Assembly: GCA_965649265.1 (NCBI GenBank)
Contig: CBFGKC010000004.1
Coordinates: forward strand, 90,590-154,589
Direction of reading: 5' to 3'
Source: a candidate division WOR-3 bacterium
GTDB taxonomy: Bacteria; Hydrothermota; Tepidihabitantia; B3-TA06
Length of the DNA stretch: 64,000 nt
A program made the position numbers and the translations under genes. Each line of letters opens with the position of its first letter. Positions within the stretch are counted from its first letter, which is position 1. The notes below the pieces were generated by a model that did not search any database, was not told the DNA's origin, and saw nothing but the letters and a program-made list of their open reading frames with translations. This document shows, in pieces, positions 48,214 to 57,990 of this stretch.

Positions 48214-49998
48214 ATGAAGGTTCTTTTGACAGGTGCCTTCGGTAACATAGGTTCGAGCACTCTTGAAGAGCTCTTAAGGCAGGGACACAGGGTCACCTGC
48301 TTTGACCTCCCAACGAAGGCTAATATTAAAAAAGCGCGAAGGCTTGGAAACAAGATTGACATGATTTGGGGTGACGTTCGAAACCGCAAGGATGTGGCTG
48401 ATGCAATCCTTGGACAGGATGCGGTAATTCACCTCGCGGCTATAATACCTCCACGCAGTGAGTTAGATCCTGAATATGCAGAACAGGTTAATGTTACAGG
48501 AACTCGTAACGTCGTTGAGGCGTTAAAGTCCACCTCCAATCCGGCACGTCTTGTTTTCTCTTCCTCCGTTTCAGTATTTGGTCGCAAGTTCTCGACACCT
48601 CCTCCTCGTACCGTAGATGAGTCTATTGAACCTTCCGACAACTACTCCAGGCACAAGATACTCTGCGAGGAGATGATACGTTCTTCTGGTTTGCGCTGGG
48701 CTATCCTGCGCTTTCCGGCTGTCCCGCCGCTCGTGAGTCTTCAGATGGATCCTATAATGTTTGATATAGCGCTTCATACGAGAATCGAGTTCTTGCATAC
48801 CCGTGACGCAGGTCTGGCGCTGGCAAATGCAGTTTCGTCCGACGAGGTTTTGGGAAAGATTCTTCTCATGGGCGGAGGAAGCCGCTGCCAGTTCGAGTAC
48901 TGTGACTACGTCGGCAAGACCCTTGATGCGGCAGGTATAGGCAGGCTCCCGTCGGAGGCGTTCGGCAGCGAACCGTTTTACACAGACTGGGTAGACTCTT
49001 CTGAGAGCGAAAGTCTTCTGTTCTACCAGCGCCACACCTACACGGATTACCTGCGTGAGTTCAGTGGCAATCTCGGATTCAAGCGCTTTATTATCCCATT
49101 TTTTAGACCGTTCATAAGGAGAGCGTTACTGCGGTGCTCGCCCTATATGCCGCCCGGTGCCGCAAGCGGGCGGAAGAGTTCCGAGTACTGGAGGGATAAG
49201 GTCGTTATCGTAACCGGTGCGTCGAGCGGCATCGGCGAGGCGTGTGCGCGCAGGCTTGCCCATGAGGGGCTCAGGGTTGCATTGGTTGCAAGACGCAAGG
49301 AGAGACTCGATGAAATCGCTAAAGCCATATACCTTCAGGGAGGCGAGGCTATGGCTGTATCTGCCGATTTGACCGTCGAGGATGAAAGAATCCGTGTCAT
49401 TGAAGAGGTACGCGAGAACTGGGGCAGGATTGATGTCCTTGTAAATAATGCCGGATTCGCATGGTACGGCTACGGTGCCGATATGCCCTGGGATGTCGCG
49501 TCCAAGATGATTGACCTCAACGTCAAAGCGCTTGTGCACATGACGCTTCTTGTCATCAAGAGGATGCGTTCTTACAACTCCGGACACGTGATCAATGTCT
49601 CTTCCATAGCCGGAAGCTTTCCGCAGCAAGGTACAATGCTCTACAGCGCTACAAAATCTTTTGTAGACAGCTTCTCAACTGTCCTCTACCGGGAAACGCG
49701 CGGTACAAACGTGCATGCTAGTTGTATTAAGCCAGGAGCCGTCTCCACTGAACTTTTCGATAACGCAAGACAGGATCCCACTTCTCTGCCCATTCCTGCA
49801 GAAGGGATGGCCGTGAGTGTCGAGAGGGTCGTTAACCGTATTTGGTCTCTCATGAACAGGCCTCGCAGAAGGGTCTTTGTTCCTGCACTCCTGTGGATTA
49901 TTCCATGGGTTGAACAGTTGTTCGGATGGTTCATCGACAAGCTTGGAGCACTGCTTCTCAAACACAGCGCCAATACTGCAAAGGTCCAGGTGAAGTAA
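48214..49998 (+). CDS. Fusion of extended SDR (epimerase/dehydratase-like) and classical SDR
   Basis: TGAFGNIG..YSRHK; then TGASSGIG, NNAG, YSATK. Confidence 0.9.
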   Translation: MKVLLTGAFGNIGSSTLEELLRQGHRVTCFDLPTKANIKKARRLGNKIDMIWGDVRNRKDVADAILGQDAVIHLAAIIPPRSELDPEYAEQVNVTGTRNVVEALKSTSNPARLVFSSSVSVFGRKFSTPPPRTVDESIEPSDNYSRHKILCEEMIRSSGLRWAILRFPAVPPLVSLQMDPIMFDIALHTRIEFLHTRDAGLALANAVSSDEVLGKILLMGGGSRCQFEYCDYVGKTLDAAGIGRLPSEAFGSEPFYTDWVDSSESESLLFYQRHTYTDYLREFSGNLGFKRFIIPFFRPFIRRALLRCSPYMPPGAASGRKSSEYWRDKVVIVTGASSGIGEACARRLAHEGLRVALVARRKERLDEIAKAIYLQGGEAMAVSADLTVEDERIRVIEEVRENWGRIDVLVNNAGFAWYGYGADMPWDVASKMIDLNVKALVHMTLLVIKRMRSYNSGHVINVSSIAGSFPQQGTMLYSATKSFVDSFSTVLYRETRGTNVHASCIKPGAVSTELFDNARQDPTSLPIPAEGMAVSVERVVNRIWSLMNRPRRRVFVPALLWIIPWVEQLFGWFIDKLGALLLKHSANTAKVQVK

Positions 49999-50020
49999 GA
50001 ACTCAACATCAGAAATCCAC

Positions 50021-50046
50021 AAGGGACAGGCTTAGGCCTGTCCCTT
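50021..50046 (+). terminator. Hairpin after the SDR gene
   Basis: AAGGGACAGGC-TTAG-GCCTGTCCCTT. Confidence 0.7.
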
Positions 50047-50179
50047 CATTTGGATGCCTGAGCGATCGAGTCGAAAGAACACATCGGGCCAGGAAAGGAT
50101 TTGACATCATTGCGCTTTTATCTATATTAGTATTACAAGCCGGTCGTAAGATCGGTTAAACAAAGGAGTGGTCTTTACC

Positions 50180-50992
50180 ATGGATGAGTTCATAAAGACA
50201 AATTATGATCGTTGGCAGGAACTTGTCGGCATCAACGCCGGTTCGCCGTTTTACGGGGTGGAAAAATTCAAGAAGGGCGGGCTTTTCCTCGAAAGGCTGG
50301 AGTTGGAAGGCGTAGGCGAGGTGAAGGGTAAGTCGCTCCTTCACCTCATGTGTCACTTCGGACTTGGAACCCTTTCCTTCGCCAGACTTGGGGCACGCGT
50401 CACGGGAGTCGACTTTTCACCAAAGGCGATAGAGTACGCTCGCATCCTCGCGAGCGAGCTGTCAATCCCGGCGGATTTCGTCTGCTCGGATATCTACGAC
50501 TTGCCGGCCAGTCTTAGTGAGCGTTATGACATAGTATTCACGTCATACGGCGTGCTCTACTTTCTTCCGGATCTTAAACGGTGGGCCGCGATTGTAGCTC
50601 ACTTTCTGAAGCCCGGAGGTTTCTTTTTCATCGTTGACGGACACCCGTTTGAACAGATATTCGATCTGGGCGGCGCGCCCGACGGTGCGACCGATCTGAA
50701 GGTAACCTATCCCTACTTCTCCGAGGGACCCGTTCGATGCGACGAAAAGGGCTCATATGCCGACAGCGAGGTCAAAATGGAGAATACGGTATTTTACAAA
50801 TGGCTGCATCCCGTTTCGGAGATAATCAACTCGCTTACGACTGCAGGACTCAGGATCGAGTATTTCAGGGAGTACCCGTTTGCTACAGCGCCCATGCTGC
50901 CCTATTTCGTACGCAAGGAAGACGGTTACTGGTGGTTGCCTGGGGACCGCAAGGACATCCCCTTCATGTTTTCCTTAAAGGCATGGAAATAA
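50180..50992 (+). CDS. Class I SAM methyltransferase (LHLxCHFG type), paralogue 1
   Basis: LLHLMCHFG, GVDFS, FLKPGG. Confidence 0.9.
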   Translation: MDEFIKTNYDRWQELVGINAGSPFYGVEKFKKGGLFLERLELEGVGEVKGKSLLHLMCHFGLGTLSFARLGARVTGVDFSPKAIEYARILASELSIPADFVCSDIYDLPASLSERYDIVFTSYGVLYFLPDLKRWAAIVAHFLKPGGFFFIVDGHPFEQIFDLGGAPDGATDLKVTYPYFSEGPVRCDEKGSYADSEVKMENTVFYKWLHPVSEIINSLTTAGLRIEYFREYPFATAPMLPYFVRKEDGYWWLPGDRKDIPFMFSLKAWK

Positions 50993-51100
50993 AAAACATG
51001 AAAGCGGAAGCGTAGCTTGCGCCCATGCGGCATCGAGCCGCTAGTTTTCCCTTAAAGGCATGGAAATAAAAAACATGAATGCGTAAGCGAAGATGCACCC
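50968..51100. repeat. Direct duplication of the methyltransferase 3' end
   Basis: CCTTAAAGGCATGGAAATAAAAAACATGAA at 50973 and 51050. Confidence 0.9.
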
Positions 51101-51313
51101 TAATGGTTTACTAAATGAGGCGGCTTTATCCTTTAACGGTCTCCTGATTTTGCTCAAGGAAGCTTCTTCATATCCTTTTTCAGGAACCATTCTTTCATGA
51201 CCTTAAGGCTTTTCTGGGGCGCGTTGAAGCACTTTGCCCTCGGCGCCGAAATTCAAGCAATCTAGGCCTTTGAGCATCTTGACATGCATTCTATCCATGC
51301 TATAGTCATCAAC

Positions 51314-51976
51314 ATGATCAAAAAGACATTTCAATTGCTGGCGTTATTTACGCTTTTTACCTTTGCCTGCGCGGGACACGCAGGCGGTTCTGGAGGGACA
51401 ATGCATGCAGCCGAAATACGCACCTACGAAGGTCAGAAGCTTTCCTCGATCAACGATTTTCGCGAGAACTCCATCCGAGGCCCGCTAAAGATAGACATCT
51501 CGAAGTACCGGCTCGAGATTTTGGGCCTTGTCGATACCTCGAAAACATACACTTACGATCAGGTTCTCGCTCATGGGCAGATCAAGAAGGTTATTACCAT
51601 TCACTGTGTGGAAGGCTGGAACGTGACCCTTCTGTGGCAGGGTGTGCCCGTGCGTGATCTTATCAACGAAGCACACGCGAAACCGGAAGCGAAAATCGTC
51701 ATCTTCTCTTCGCCCGACGGCTACTCGACGTCCTTCCCCCTCTCCTACATAATGGATAATGAGATACTCCTTGCTTACAAGATGAACGATGTCACTCTTC
51801 CTGCAGAACGCGGCTATCCCTTCGAGCTTGCCGCTGAGGGCAAGTGGGGCTACAAATGGATCAAGTGGGTCTCGAAGATAGAACTCTCTTCGGACACAGC
51901 CTACCGCGGCTTCTGGGAATCACGCGGCTACTCCAATTCAGGCGATCTCGACGAGTCCTTCTTTTCCAATCCTTAA
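51314..51976 (+). CDS. Molybdopterin-dependent oxidoreductase (sulfite oxidase/MsrP-like)
   Basis: IHCVEGW, DGYSTS, ERGYP, GYKWIKW, GFWESRGY; TFA-C lipobox. Confidence 0.9.
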   Translation: MIKKTFQLLALFTLFTFACAGHAGGSGGTMHAAEIRTYEGQKLSSINDFRENSIRGPLKIDISKYRLEILGLVDTSKTYTYDQVLAHGQIKKVITIHCVEGWNVTLLWQGVPVRDLINEAHAKPEAKIVIFSSPDGYSTSFPLSYIMDNEILLAYKMNDVTLPAERGYPFELAAEGKWGYKWIKWVSKIELSSDTAYRGFWESRGYSNSGDLDESFFSNP

Positions 51977-52088
51977 TGTCCCGAAAAATGCCGGAATCCT
52001 TCAGGTTGTGCCCTTAGAAGTCGCCTTGCTTTTTTTATGGGCCACCGGCTTGAATTGACAACTCTTCGTCTTCCAGTATATTGAATAC

Positions 52089-52898
52089 ATGGACAAATAT
52101 GTCAAAGCCAACCAAGCGCACTGGGACGACATGGTGGATGCGCACGTGCGCTCCGAATTTTACGATGTTGAAGGATTCAAACGCGGCCGTTCGACGCTCG
52201 ATAAGATAACACTCGAAGGCGTCGGCGATGTCGGCGGTAAGTCACTCCTTCATCTCCAATGCCATTTCGGGCTCGATACGCTTTCCTTTGCCCGTCTTGG
52301 CGCTCGTGTTACAGGCGTGGACTTCTCGCTAAGGGCGATAGAACACGCTCGCATACTCGCAAGCGAACTCGACATACCGGCCACCTTCGTATGTTCCGAC
52401 GTGTACGACTTGGCAGACAATCTCTCCGGTCAGTACGATATTGTCTTTACTTCCAAGGGAGTGCTTTGCTGGCTGCCTGAACTGGAAGGTTGGGCCCGGG
52501 TCGCAAGCCACTTTCTCAAGCCCGGTGGGTTCTTCTTCATCCTTGAATCCCATCCCTTCTCACACATCTTCGACGACGAGAACCCTTCGGAACCCAAAAT
52601 GCGCTATCCCTATTTCCTCAAGGAGCCCATGCCGTTCGAGGGCGACTCCTCATACGCGGTTTCGCACTTCGACACCCGAAATCCTCGATCCTACGAGTGG
52701 ATGCATCCCGTAGCCGAAATCATTAACTCTCTCATATCGGCCGGTCTCACGATCGAGTACTTCAGGGAGTATCCTTTTATTTTCGATCGGCGCTTTGCGT
52801 TTCTCGAAAGGGGAGAGGACGGTGAGGAGGGTTTCTGGCGTTTGCCGGGAAAAAGGGTGGATTTTCCGCTGATGTTCTCGTTGAAGGCGACAAAATAA
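52089..52898 (+). CDS. Class I SAM methyltransferase, paralogue 2
   Basis: LLHLQCHFG; highly similar to 50180-50992. Confidence 0.9.
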   Translation: MDKYVKANQAHWDDMVDAHVRSEFYDVEGFKRGRSTLDKITLEGVGDVGGKSLLHLQCHFGLDTLSFARLGARVTGVDFSLRAIEHARILASELDIPATFVCSDVYDLADNLSGQYDIVFTSKGVLCWLPELEGWARVASHFLKPGGFFFILESHPFSHIFDDENPSEPKMRYPYFLKEPMPFEGDSSYAVSHFDTRNPRSYEWMHPVAEIINSLISAGLTIEYFREYPFIFDRRFAFLERGEDGEEGFWRLPGKRVDFPLMFSLKATK

Positions 52899-53182
52899 GA
52901 AAAAATGTCCTTCATGCCGCATCAAGGAAAGTGAACGCCATTCCGAGGGTTTCTTGAAGTCAACAAGAAACTGTACTCCCTTCCTCCTCGCATTAAACAG
53001 GTTCTTCTGCTCATCCGGATTTCATTCCTGTTACTCATGGATGTCAGAGGATTGATTGTTATTGGCGGTATCAACTGCATTCCGTGAGCGATTGCTAGAA
53101 CGCTTCATTCGAGGCATATCCGTTTCTGAAGGCTGTGTTACATCCATGTTGACAATTGTCGGAATAAAAGTATCTTTGCACG

Positions 53183-53770
53183 ATGAGTACGGAAGACCAG
53201 GCTAACGGAAAGTCCTGCGCGTACGGCGTAGTGACTCTAATCGAGGGCGAGCCGCGTGAATGGATAGAAGGATTATGGCAGGAGCTTCTCGATAGATTCA
53301 ACCTCCAGCATCCTTACGAGAGTCCCATCGCGCACTTTTCCTATCACGTCGCTTCGGGCTACGATCTGGAGCGCGTGAAACCTCTTCTGGCACAGTTTGC
53401 CCAGTACAAGCAGGGCTTCAGGGTTCGTACTGAGGGTCTCGGCGTATTCACGAAAAAGGATCCCATCATCCACATACCGCTCGTTCGTAACCCCCAACTG
53501 ACCACTTTCCAGCGTTCGCTCTGGCAGGTAATTGACTCCTGGTCCGAAAATCCACTGACATACTATCATCCCGACAGCTGGATGCCGCATATCACTCTGG
53601 TGCACGGCAACCTACCAGCGGCCAGGCTACCGGAGATAGTCGGTTTTCTCGCGTCCAAGCAGTTCAACTGGGAGATAGAGGTTTCCAACATCTCGATAAT
53701 CTGTTCTTCGCGAACGAGAATCGATCCCGAACTGAGCTTCGGTCTCTCCACCGAAACCTTGACGGCCTGA
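53183..53770 (+). CDS. 2H phosphoesterase (2'-5' RNA ligase-like)
   Basis: Two HxS/T motifs, AHFSY and PHITL. Confidence 0.85.
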   Translation: MSTEDQANGKSCAYGVVTLIEGEPREWIEGLWQELLDRFNLQHPYESPIAHFSYHVASGYDLERVKPLLAQFAQYKQGFRVRTEGLGVFTKKDPIIHIPLVRNPQLTTFQRSLWQVIDSWSENPLTYYHPDSWMPHITLVHGNLPAARLPEIVGFLASKQFNWEIEVSNISIICSSRTRIDPELSFGLSTETLTA

Positions 53771-53818
53771 CGGCTCGAACTATCATAATACAACATAGAA
53801 AAACGTAAAGGAGCGGCG

Positions 53819-54802
53819 ATGATTGATTTGAAAACGAGTTACATGGGGCTTGAGCTTCGTAATCCCATCATCGTGGCGAGTTCGGGACTTACGGCAACCG
53901 TTGACGGTCTCGAAAGACTCGAGGATGCGGGCGCGGGGGCGGTGGTTCTCAAGAGCATATTCGAGGAGCAAATAGCGGTTGACGTCGATGACTTGACCCA
54001 GAATACCTGGCTGCCCGGTCACCCTGAGGCTTTCGATTACGTGCGCGAAATGGGATTCGCGCTGGGGCCGTCGAAATACGTCGATTTCATAACAGAGGCG
54101 AGAAGGTCCGTCAAAATACCTGTTATAGCTAGCCTCAATTGCATCTCCTCCTCCTGGTGGACCGACTACGCGAAGAAAATCCAGGATGCCGGCGCAGACG
54201 CTCTCGAGCTCAACATCTCCGTGATGCCTTCGGACTCGAGACGCACGAGCGCGGAGATAGAGAAGATATATTTCGATATCCTCGAATCTGTAAGATCGAA
54301 GATCAAGCTTCCCGTTGCCTTGAAGATAGGACCTTATTTCACTTCCATGTCGCGGTTCGCTGATGAGCTTGCTCGCAGAGGTGCGTCCGCTCTGGTGCTT
54401 TTCAACCGCTTTTACCAGTTCGACATCGATCCGGAAAAACTTGAGCTTTCGTCCGGCAACCCGCTGAGTTTGCCTTGTGAGTGCTCTATTTGCCTGCGCT
54501 GGGTGGCGCTTCTTGCCGGTCGGCTCGGGATAGATCTAGCCGCCTCGACGGGCGTGCACGAGACCGGGGACGTCATCAAACATCTTCTTGCCGGTGCGGC
54601 CGTCATCCAGCTTGCGTCCACGCTCTACAAGAACGGGGTCGAGAAAATATCCTCGATTCTTGCCGGTCTTGAAGAATGGATGACTGTGCACGGCTTCAAA
54701 TCCCTTGCCGATTTCAGGGGTCGTATGAGCCAGGTGCACTCCGAAAAGCCCGAACTTTACGAGCGCCTCCAGTATATCAAGGCACTCGTCGGAGTGGAAT
54801 AG
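53819..54802 (+). CDS. Dihydroorotate dehydrogenase-like flavoprotein
   Basis: YMGLELRNPII, GAVVLKSIFEEQI, LFNRFYQ, YERLQYIK. Confidence 0.9.
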   Translation: MIDLKTSYMGLELRNPIIVASSGLTATVDGLERLEDAGAGAVVLKSIFEEQIAVDVDDLTQNTWLPGHPEAFDYVREMGFALGPSKYVDFITEARRSVKIPVIASLNCISSSWWTDYAKKIQDAGADALELNISVMPSDSRRTSAEIEKIYFDILESVRSKIKLPVALKIGPYFTSMSRFADELARRGASALVLFNRFYQFDIDPEKLELSSGNPLSLPCECSICLRWVALLAGRLGIDLAASTGVHETGDVIKHLLAGAAVIQLASTLYKNGVEKISSILAGLEEWMTVHGFKSLADFRGRMSQVHSEKPELYERLQYIKALVGVE

Positions 54803-54939
54803 AAAAACCCATCTAACGCGCAGGGCGTTCTTGATGGGTTCCCGGGGGGTATTGACGTCAAGAAGTGTCCTCCTATTCCCAAAATATGTTGACATCACAC
54901 GCTTCATCGTTAATGTATTCAAAAAACAAAGGAGGAAGT

Positions 54940-55491
54940 TTGCTCAAGACAGCCCTTTTACTCGCCGCCGGTATCATTTTATCACCTGTGGTTCTGCCTG
55001 CGCAGGAGCCTTTCGAAGTAGTCGAACTTGACAGTGCGACCGTTGACAGCATGGCAGAATCGTGGTATGAGCAGGCCGAAACCGGACAGAAAACAATGGG
55101 TGAGCTCGATTTCTACCTCGTCGTCTCGCCCGACCAGCGGTGGATGGTTATGGGCAGACCGGTAGAGGGTCTGGATGTAGTGACTTACAAGCTTTACCTT
55201 ATATCCATTTACGACGCCAACCTGCGTCTCATCTCCGAGCAGGCGCTGGGTGTTACTTTCTCTCCTACTTCCGATTACTTGTTCGTCGTCCAGGGGCCTA
55301 ACCCGCTCCTTTATGATCTTGAAAGACACGCAGGCGTCGTCATCAAAAACATCTCTTCTGGTCTTGAAAACTATCCCTGCTGGGTATCGAACTGGTCGCG
55401 CGACGGAAAAGAACTCATCGTAAGACAGCAGCTGCGTTTTGACGATGCGGGTCAGCCGCGAGCCTGGAGATTAACAATCACAAATCAATAA
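54940..55491 (+). CDS. Secreted protein with TolB/PD40-like blades
   Basis: GGAGG RBS and TTG start, signal peptide, SPD, FSP and WSRDG motifs. Confidence 0.7.
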   Translation: MLKTALLLAAGIILSPVVLPAQEPFEVVELDSATVDSMAESWYEQAETGQKTMGELDFYLVVSPDQRWMVMGRPVEGLDVVTYKLYLISIYDANLRLISEQALGVTFSPTSDYLFVVQGPNPLLYDLERHAGVVIKNISSGLENYPCWVSNWSRDGKELIVRQQLRFDDAGQPRAWRLTITNQ

Positions 55492-55494
55492 AAA

Positions 55495-55850
55495 ATGGAT
55501 CCAGACGAGCTTCTCGAGGTAACGGGCGCGACAGGGTGGCGCAAATGGCTGCAGCGAAACCATTCAAGGAAAAAGGAAATCTGGCTGGTTTTCTACAAAA
55601 AAAGTCAGGAAGAAAAAGCATCACCTACGAAGAAGCGATTAAGGAGGCCTTGTGCCTCGGATGGATCGACGGGTAGATAAAATCACTTGATAGTGAACGA
55701 TATTCCATAAGATTCACCGCCAGGAACAAGAGATCTAATTGGTCCACGTCCAATATCGAACGCACCCGGCGACTCCTAAAGGACAACCGGAAGACCAATT
55801 TCGGCTTGGCTATAATTCCAGAGGAAACCCAAAAAAAGATTCGACAAAAA
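55495..55850 (+). pseudogene. YdeI/OmpD-associated family pseudogene
   Basis: WRKWLQRNH..EIWLVFYKK, frameshift at A7 run 55597-55603, then ITYEEAIKEALCLGWIDG*(TAG 55674)IKSLDSERYSIRFTAR..SNWS..N. Confidence 0.85.
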
Positions 55851-55878
55851 AACTGCCGGGCGGATACTCTCCGCCCGG
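55846..55878 (-). terminator. Terminator closing the paralogue array
   Basis: CCGGGCGGA/TCCGCCCGG hairpin followed by T7 on the minus strand. Confidence 0.8.
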
Positions 55879-55906
55879 TATCTATATGTGCTGATTTATT
55901 AAGTGA

Positions 55907-56356
55907 TTATTCTTCGTCGACCGGCAGAAGCTGTTTGCCTTTCCAGAAGCCGTGGTGTATTGCGTCCGGATCGTTGAATGTCTTCCATTCGCCTTTGCCG
56001 ACGCCCGGATAAGACGATACCAGATCAAAGACGCCGAGCCAGTTGCCGATCTCGACGCCGAATTTATCGTAGATGATGCCGTTATCCGTCTTGTAGATGC
56101 CGCCTCCGTCAGTATTGAGTACCGCGTATAGCGTCCCGTAATCGGCATCGCTAATGTCGGATTGCCATTTGCCCTCGAAGTAAGGGACAGTGCCTGCGGG
56201 TCCATTGTCGAAGATGGTGCCTTTCCAGGTACCCTGGATAGCTATGCCTGAAGGGTCGCCCCAGTAGGTACCTTTCCAGTCAGTATTTTCTGCGGAAAGC
56301 GAGCTTGCTCCAAGAACAACGAGAAGCATCGTTAGTGTGAGGAGTGTCTTTTTCAT
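55907..56356 (-). CDS. Secreted GxWxG-repeat paralogue A7
   Basis: Signal LGASSLSA, WKGTYWGD, GTWKGTIFD, FEGKW, GNWLGVF, GFWKGKQ. Confidence 0.92.
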   Translation of the reverse strand: MKKTLLTLTMLLVVLGASSLSAENTDWKGTYWGDPSGIAIQGTWKGTIFDNGPAGTVPYFEGKWQSDISDADYGTLYAVLNTDGGGIYKTDNGIIYDKFGVEIGNWLGVFDLVSSYPGVGKGEWKTFNDPDAIHHGFWKGKQLLPVDEE

Positions 56357-56469
56357 CAATATCCTCCAGTGAGGTTTAATGTTTCTTAACCTCTCCTTGA
56401 AAACACGCTGTATCCTTCATTTGTCATCAATCGCATGACGGCAAGGGATTCCTTTCCGATAGTTCCGTC

Positions 56470-56874
56470 TCAGGGCACCTGCTCGCCTTTCCAGCTTCCG
56501 ATATAGGGTGCCCAGAGCCATGTCCAGTCACCTTTACCATAACCTGGATCGACCGAAACTGTGAAGGTACCGCCCCAGTTTCCGACTACGGAACCATCTT
56601 CGTCGTAGATAACGCCTTTGACTATCTTGTAGTTACCGAGTCCGTCTGACTTAAGGGATGCATTCATAGTTCCCCATTTCGCTTCATCCATCGATGTCCA
56701 TTTGCCTTCAAAGTGAGGGGCTGTCGGTCCGGTTGGGTCATCATATATGGTGCCCTCCCATGTGCCTTGATCCATGCAGAAGTATGTACCTGCCCAGTTC
56801 GTGTTGGCCGCCACAAGCGAACCTGCGCCCAGCATGAGCATGAGCGCTGCAACGGTAAGGAGTATTTTTTTCAT
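56470..56874 (-). CDS. Secreted GxWxG-repeat paralogue A6
   Basis: Signal LGAGSLVA, GTWEGTIYD, FEGKW, GNWGGTF, GSWKGEQ. Confidence 0.92.
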   Translation of the reverse strand: MKKILLTVAALMLMLGAGSLVAANTNWAGTYFCMDQGTWEGTIYDDPTGPTAPHFEGKWTSMDEAKWGTMNASLKSDGLGNYKIVKGVIYDEDGSVVGNWGGTFTVSVDPGYGKGDWTWLWAPYIGSWKGEQVP

Positions 56875-56973
56875 CGTATCCTCCTAGGATATTTTTTTGA
56901 TTTTTCGCCCTACCAGGATACACGCTGATTTATTGTTCTGCTTTTATATAAAGCGAGCTAAAGCGTGGTTTTT

Positions 56974-57387
56974 TTATTCCTCGTCGTTCAAAGCTAACTG
57001 GCCTTCCCATTTACCCTTGAACGGGGCGTCTACCCATGTCCAGGTGCCTTCGCCGTGACCGGGCTTGACCATCAATGTAAAGGAGCCGTACCAGTAGCCG
57101 ACGATTAATCCTTTTTCATTATAGAGGGTTCCCTTTATTATCTCATAGTTGCCAAGTCCGTCGGCCTTAAGGGTCGCGTACATCGTTCCTTGCTTGTTTT
57201 CGTCTACTGATGCCCATTTGCCTGAAAAGTAAGGTTTAGGTCCGATGGGACTGTCGTATATAGTTCCTTTCCATATGCCTTGGTCAACGCAAGAGTACTT
57301 GCCTTTCCAGTTTGTGTTGGCTGCAGAGAGTGAGCTTGCGCCAAGAACGAGCGCGAGCGCTAATACGGTCAGCAGTAATTTTTTCAT
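56974..57387 (-). CDS. Secreted GxWxG-repeat paralogue A5
   Basis: ATG at 57387 after AGGAG, signal LGASSLSA, GIWKGTIYD, GYWYGSF, GKWEGQ. Confidence 0.92.
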   Translation of the reverse strand: MKKLLLTVLALALVLGASSLSAANTNWKGKYSCVDQGIWKGTIYDSPIGPKPYFSGKWASVDENKQGTMYATLKADGLGNYEIIKGTLYNEKGLIVGYWYGSFTLMVKPGHGEGTWTWVDAPFKGKWEGQLALNDEE

Positions 57388-57456
57388 TTCTTCTCCTACA
57401 CATGGTTTTGGTTTTTCCTCCTCCTTTAAACACCAATTATTATAGCTATCCGGCAA

Positions 57457-57873
57457 TCAGGGTGATTTTCCTGTCCATTTACCTGACGCAGAACCGTCGG
57501 CAAGCTGCCACGTGCCTTCTGCACGGCTGTCCGGAGTGCCGTCGTAATCCAAGTCGAAGTAACCTTCCCAGTAGCCTATGTTGGTTCCCTGGTCGTCATA
57601 GATTACACCATACGAAACCAAGTAGTATCCGGGTTGAGGAGTGCTGTACACCCCGAAAAGGGTTCCGTGTTCCGTAATGTCGGCGAAATACCAGTTGCCA
57701 GAAAAGTGAGGAACCTGGTCCTCATCAGGATTGTCGTGGATAGTTCCGTTCCAGATACCCGAAAGATCCCCATCGAAAGTTCCTTCCCAGTACGAATCAT
57801 CTGCGGCAAGCCTGTTTACGCCTAAGATACTCAAGACTATGACCAGCGTAAAAGTGAGGAAGGTTTTTTTCAC
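57457..57873 (-). CDS. Secreted GxWxG-repeat paralogue A4
   Basis: GTG start after AAGGAGG, WEGTFDGD, GIWNGTIHD, GYWEGYF, GKWTG. Confidence 0.92.
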   Translation of the reverse strand: MKKTFLTFTLVIVLSILGVNRLAADDSYWEGTFDGDLSGIWNGTIHDNPDEDQVPHFSGNWYFADITEHGTLFGVYSTPQPGYYLVSYGVIYDDQGTNIGYWEGYFDLDYDGTPDSRAEGTWQLADGSASGKWTGKSP

Positions 57874-57990
57874 TGTTTCCTCCTTATTTTTTTTATTTTT
57901 TCGCCCTGCCAGGATACACGCTGATTTGGAACCCGGCCGCTCGTGGATTCAACGGCCGGGTCATTCATGGATTTGATTTGTTTTCTTACA

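Noticed and set aside
55674-55676. TAG read-through (pyrrolysine or recoding) in the ydeI-like gene
   Set aside because: The gene also has a frameshift, and TAG is used as a normal stop elsewhere (e.g. 9145, 12612, 54802), so pseudogenisation is simpler.
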